A stretch of 64,000 bases of DNA from Syntrophorhabdaceae bacterium (lineage in GTDB: Bacteria; Desulfobacterota; Syntrophorhabdia; Syntrophorhabdales; Syntrophorhabdaceae), in NCBI GenBank assembly GCA_963666485.2, contig CAXXUO010000001.1, positions 256,001-320,000 of the forward strand, in the 5' to 3' direction. A program made the translations under genes and the position numbers. Shown here in pieces: positions 62,387 to 64,000 of the stretch. Each line of letters opens with the position of its first letter. The first letter of the stretch is position 1. Under the pieces are notes generated by a model. The model was not told where the DNA came from. It saw nothing but the letters and a program-made list of their open reading frames with translations, and did not search any database.

Positions 62387-62426
62387 TGGAGGCGGCATCC
62401 GGATTTGAACCGGAGAATAACGGTTT
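62387..62426 (-). mobile_element. tRNA-Cys 3' half duplication, att site of an integrative element
   Basis: Minus strand AAACCGTTATTCTCCGGTTCAAATCCGGATGCCGCCTCCA = anticodon 3' strand, T arm, acceptor 3' strand, U73, CCA; no 5' half. Confidence 0.8.
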
Positions 62427-62537
62427 GGCCCTAATCGCCCGGTTTTTAAATAATCAACAATAATCTACAAGAACGAGTGATAATGTAGGACAGTTAAACA
62501 GTAATGGACATGAAATAATTTCACATGGAGGTGACGC

Positions 62538-62687
62538 ATGAAGAAATTTTTTTTAGTCCTTATTCTGTTGCTGGGATTGTTTTTTTGTATTAATACCGCA
62601 AAAGCCGACGACTGGGGCCACAATGAACATCAAGATTGCTATTTGTCGATCGTGTGCATCATTTACGAGACTTTTTGGGGTGAATAA
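62538..62687 (+). CDS. Small secreted peptide (49 aa)
   Basis: GGAGGTG RBS; MKKFFLVLILLLGLFFCINTAKA-DDWGHNEHQDCYLSIVCIIYETFWGE; below the ORF-track cutoff. Confidence 0.65.
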   Translation: MKKFFLVLILLLGLFFCINTAKADDWGHNEHQDCYLSIVCIIYETFWGE

Positions 62688-62776
62688 CGTGGGGCTTTTA
62701 AAGCCGGCTAATCCTGCATATGACGTCCGGCCAGGAGGGATTATTTCTCTATTTGCACGAACATTATCATCCATGA

Positions 62777-63454
62777 TTATTCCCAATAGGTCTGGTAAAG
62801 CTCAAAGGCTTCGAGGTTTTCAAATTTCATACGGTGAAACAAGGCCCATGCCCGCGCCATGCCCGCTATTCTTTCGTACGAAACGAAGTCCTTGCTCCGT
62901 TGACTGACATGGGCCGCGAGGGCACCCTGTTTGGCGGTCAGGCAACTGTCATCCAGGACCACGAAATAGTTTGGTTTAAATGTGTTGGGAGCTGTCGAGG
63001 GCGATTGATAGAAGAACAATGACCCGCTGAAGCTGCGGGCGGCAGAAAGTGTCGCCTGATGCACGTGGCGGTGGTCCGCGTGAAGATCGGATGGCGCATG
63101 AGTTAGTATTAAACTGGGTTCGGTTGTCTCCAGAAGATCTTCTATATACTGGATCATGCTGCTTCCCGCCAATTCCAGGGCCTGGTCAGTGAAATTTCCA
63201 AGATGAACAAAACCTTGCACATCCCTGGAATTGAGGTTCAATAAAATTTCCGCAGCCTTTCCGGATTCAATGTACCGGTCCGGCGTCTCTCCCGTCGCAT
63301 CCTGGATACTCATTCCGGGCGTCATGACCGCAAAATGAACGGTACACTTTTGTTCATTCCTCAATCTATGAATTAAACCGCCGCAGCCGAGCTCGATATC
63401 ATCCGGATGGGCCCCGATGGCCAGGATCGTTTTCTTATATAAGAGTGGTTTCAT
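62777..63454 (-). CDS. PIG-L family deacetylase
   Basis: GAHPDDIELGCGG, DLHADH, HVSQ motifs. Confidence 0.9.
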   Translation of the reverse strand: MKPLLYKKTILAIGAHPDDIELGCGGLIHRLRNEQKCTVHFAVMTPGMSIQDATGETPDRYIESGKAAEILLNLNSRDVQGFVHLGNFTDQALELAGSSMIQYIEDLLETTEPSLILTHAPSDLHADHRHVHQATLSAARSFSGSLFFYQSPSTAPNTFKPNYFVVLDDSCLTAKQGALAAHVSQRSKDFVSYERIAGMARAWALFHRMKFENLEAFELYQTYWE

Positions 63455-63715
63455 GAAAGTCCGTCAACCGATACTCGCATAATACCTGATATGTATCCCG
63501 GATTGCAATATCGCATGCCGGTTTCAGTTTCGAAGGGGAGATTTCAATTACCAAAGACCAAAAAAGAGCGTCGTAAGATTGATCTACCGCAAAAAGACAT
63601 AGCAATGCTTCTCTGAGGATACAGGCAGGGCAAAATAGATATGATTTTACAAGGCAACAGATTGAAATGCTGGAGATTCTTATGAATTAACATTCCGTGA
63701 AAGCGCGAATTCTGG

Positions 63716-64000
63716 TCATTCCTTTCCAATGTAGCGTTCAACCGCGGCAATTAATGTATTCTTTGATATTGGCTTCTCCAGTACTAGATTAATGCTGCGA
63801 TTCTCGATCTGCTTATTTATATGACCAGTAATAAGGATAATTGGCAGGTCCGGCCTAAAGCGACATAGCTCTTCAGCCAATTCCGGCCCTTTCATATGCG
63901 GCATATCCTTATCTATGATTGCAAGGTCAATGACGTCCTTGTTTCGCTCCATGAATGCAAGGGCTTTCCTGGGATCGTCAAAAGAAGCAGTTTTGTATCC
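63716..64000 (-). CDS. Receiver domain (3' part of a response regulator or hybrid kinase), start outside the window
   Basis: IIDKDMPHMKG, LITGH, EKP. Confidence 0.8.
   Translation of the reverse strand, partial: GYKTASFDDPRKALAFMERNKDVIDLAIIDKDMPHMKGPELAEELCRFRPDLPIILITGHINKQIENRSINLVLEKPISKNTLIAAVERYIGKE

Noticed and set aside
62387..62426. Functional tRNA gene
   Set aside because: The 5' acceptor strand, D arm and anticodon loop are missing
62553..62786. 77-aa minus-strand ORF
   Set aside because: No motifs; the opposite-strand 49-aa ORF has a strong SD and a signal peptide

Overview
GC-rich bacterial chromosome segment. Gene content (ahbC-hemB-ahbD, rsmG-parA-parB followed by an F1+b/b' atp operon lacking subunits a and c, paired pilT) suggests an anaerobic deltaproteobacterium/Desulfobacterota; this is inference. 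About 1-25 kb is housekeeping: Ahb heme synthesis, tRNA-Pro(UGG), a di-heme cytochrome c, ATP synthase, partitioning genes, a BamD-LptA fusion, trxA, rlmI, DsbC and IscU. About 26-43 kb holds two RND efflux systems: a CzcCBA-like operon preceded by a CxxC/RAPP leader peptide, and MdtABC-NodT with a candidate sigma54 promoter. About 43-64 kb is accessory and ends in a tRNA-Cys 3' fragment (att-like), with integrase remnants nearby and lower-GC genes. Main discovery: three apparently separate small ORFs at 44748-45467 (-) are one in-frame MerB (organomercurial lyase)-like gene. Both catalytic Cys positions are UGA codons, each followed by a bacterial SECIS-type hairpin, which predicts a two-selenocysteine lyase. 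It lies downstream of a SAM methyltransferase, with no mer operon in the window. Intergenic DNA carries several repeat families: inverted heptamer arrays that overlap stop codons, and REP-like palindromes. All family assignments come from motif recognition, not database searches.
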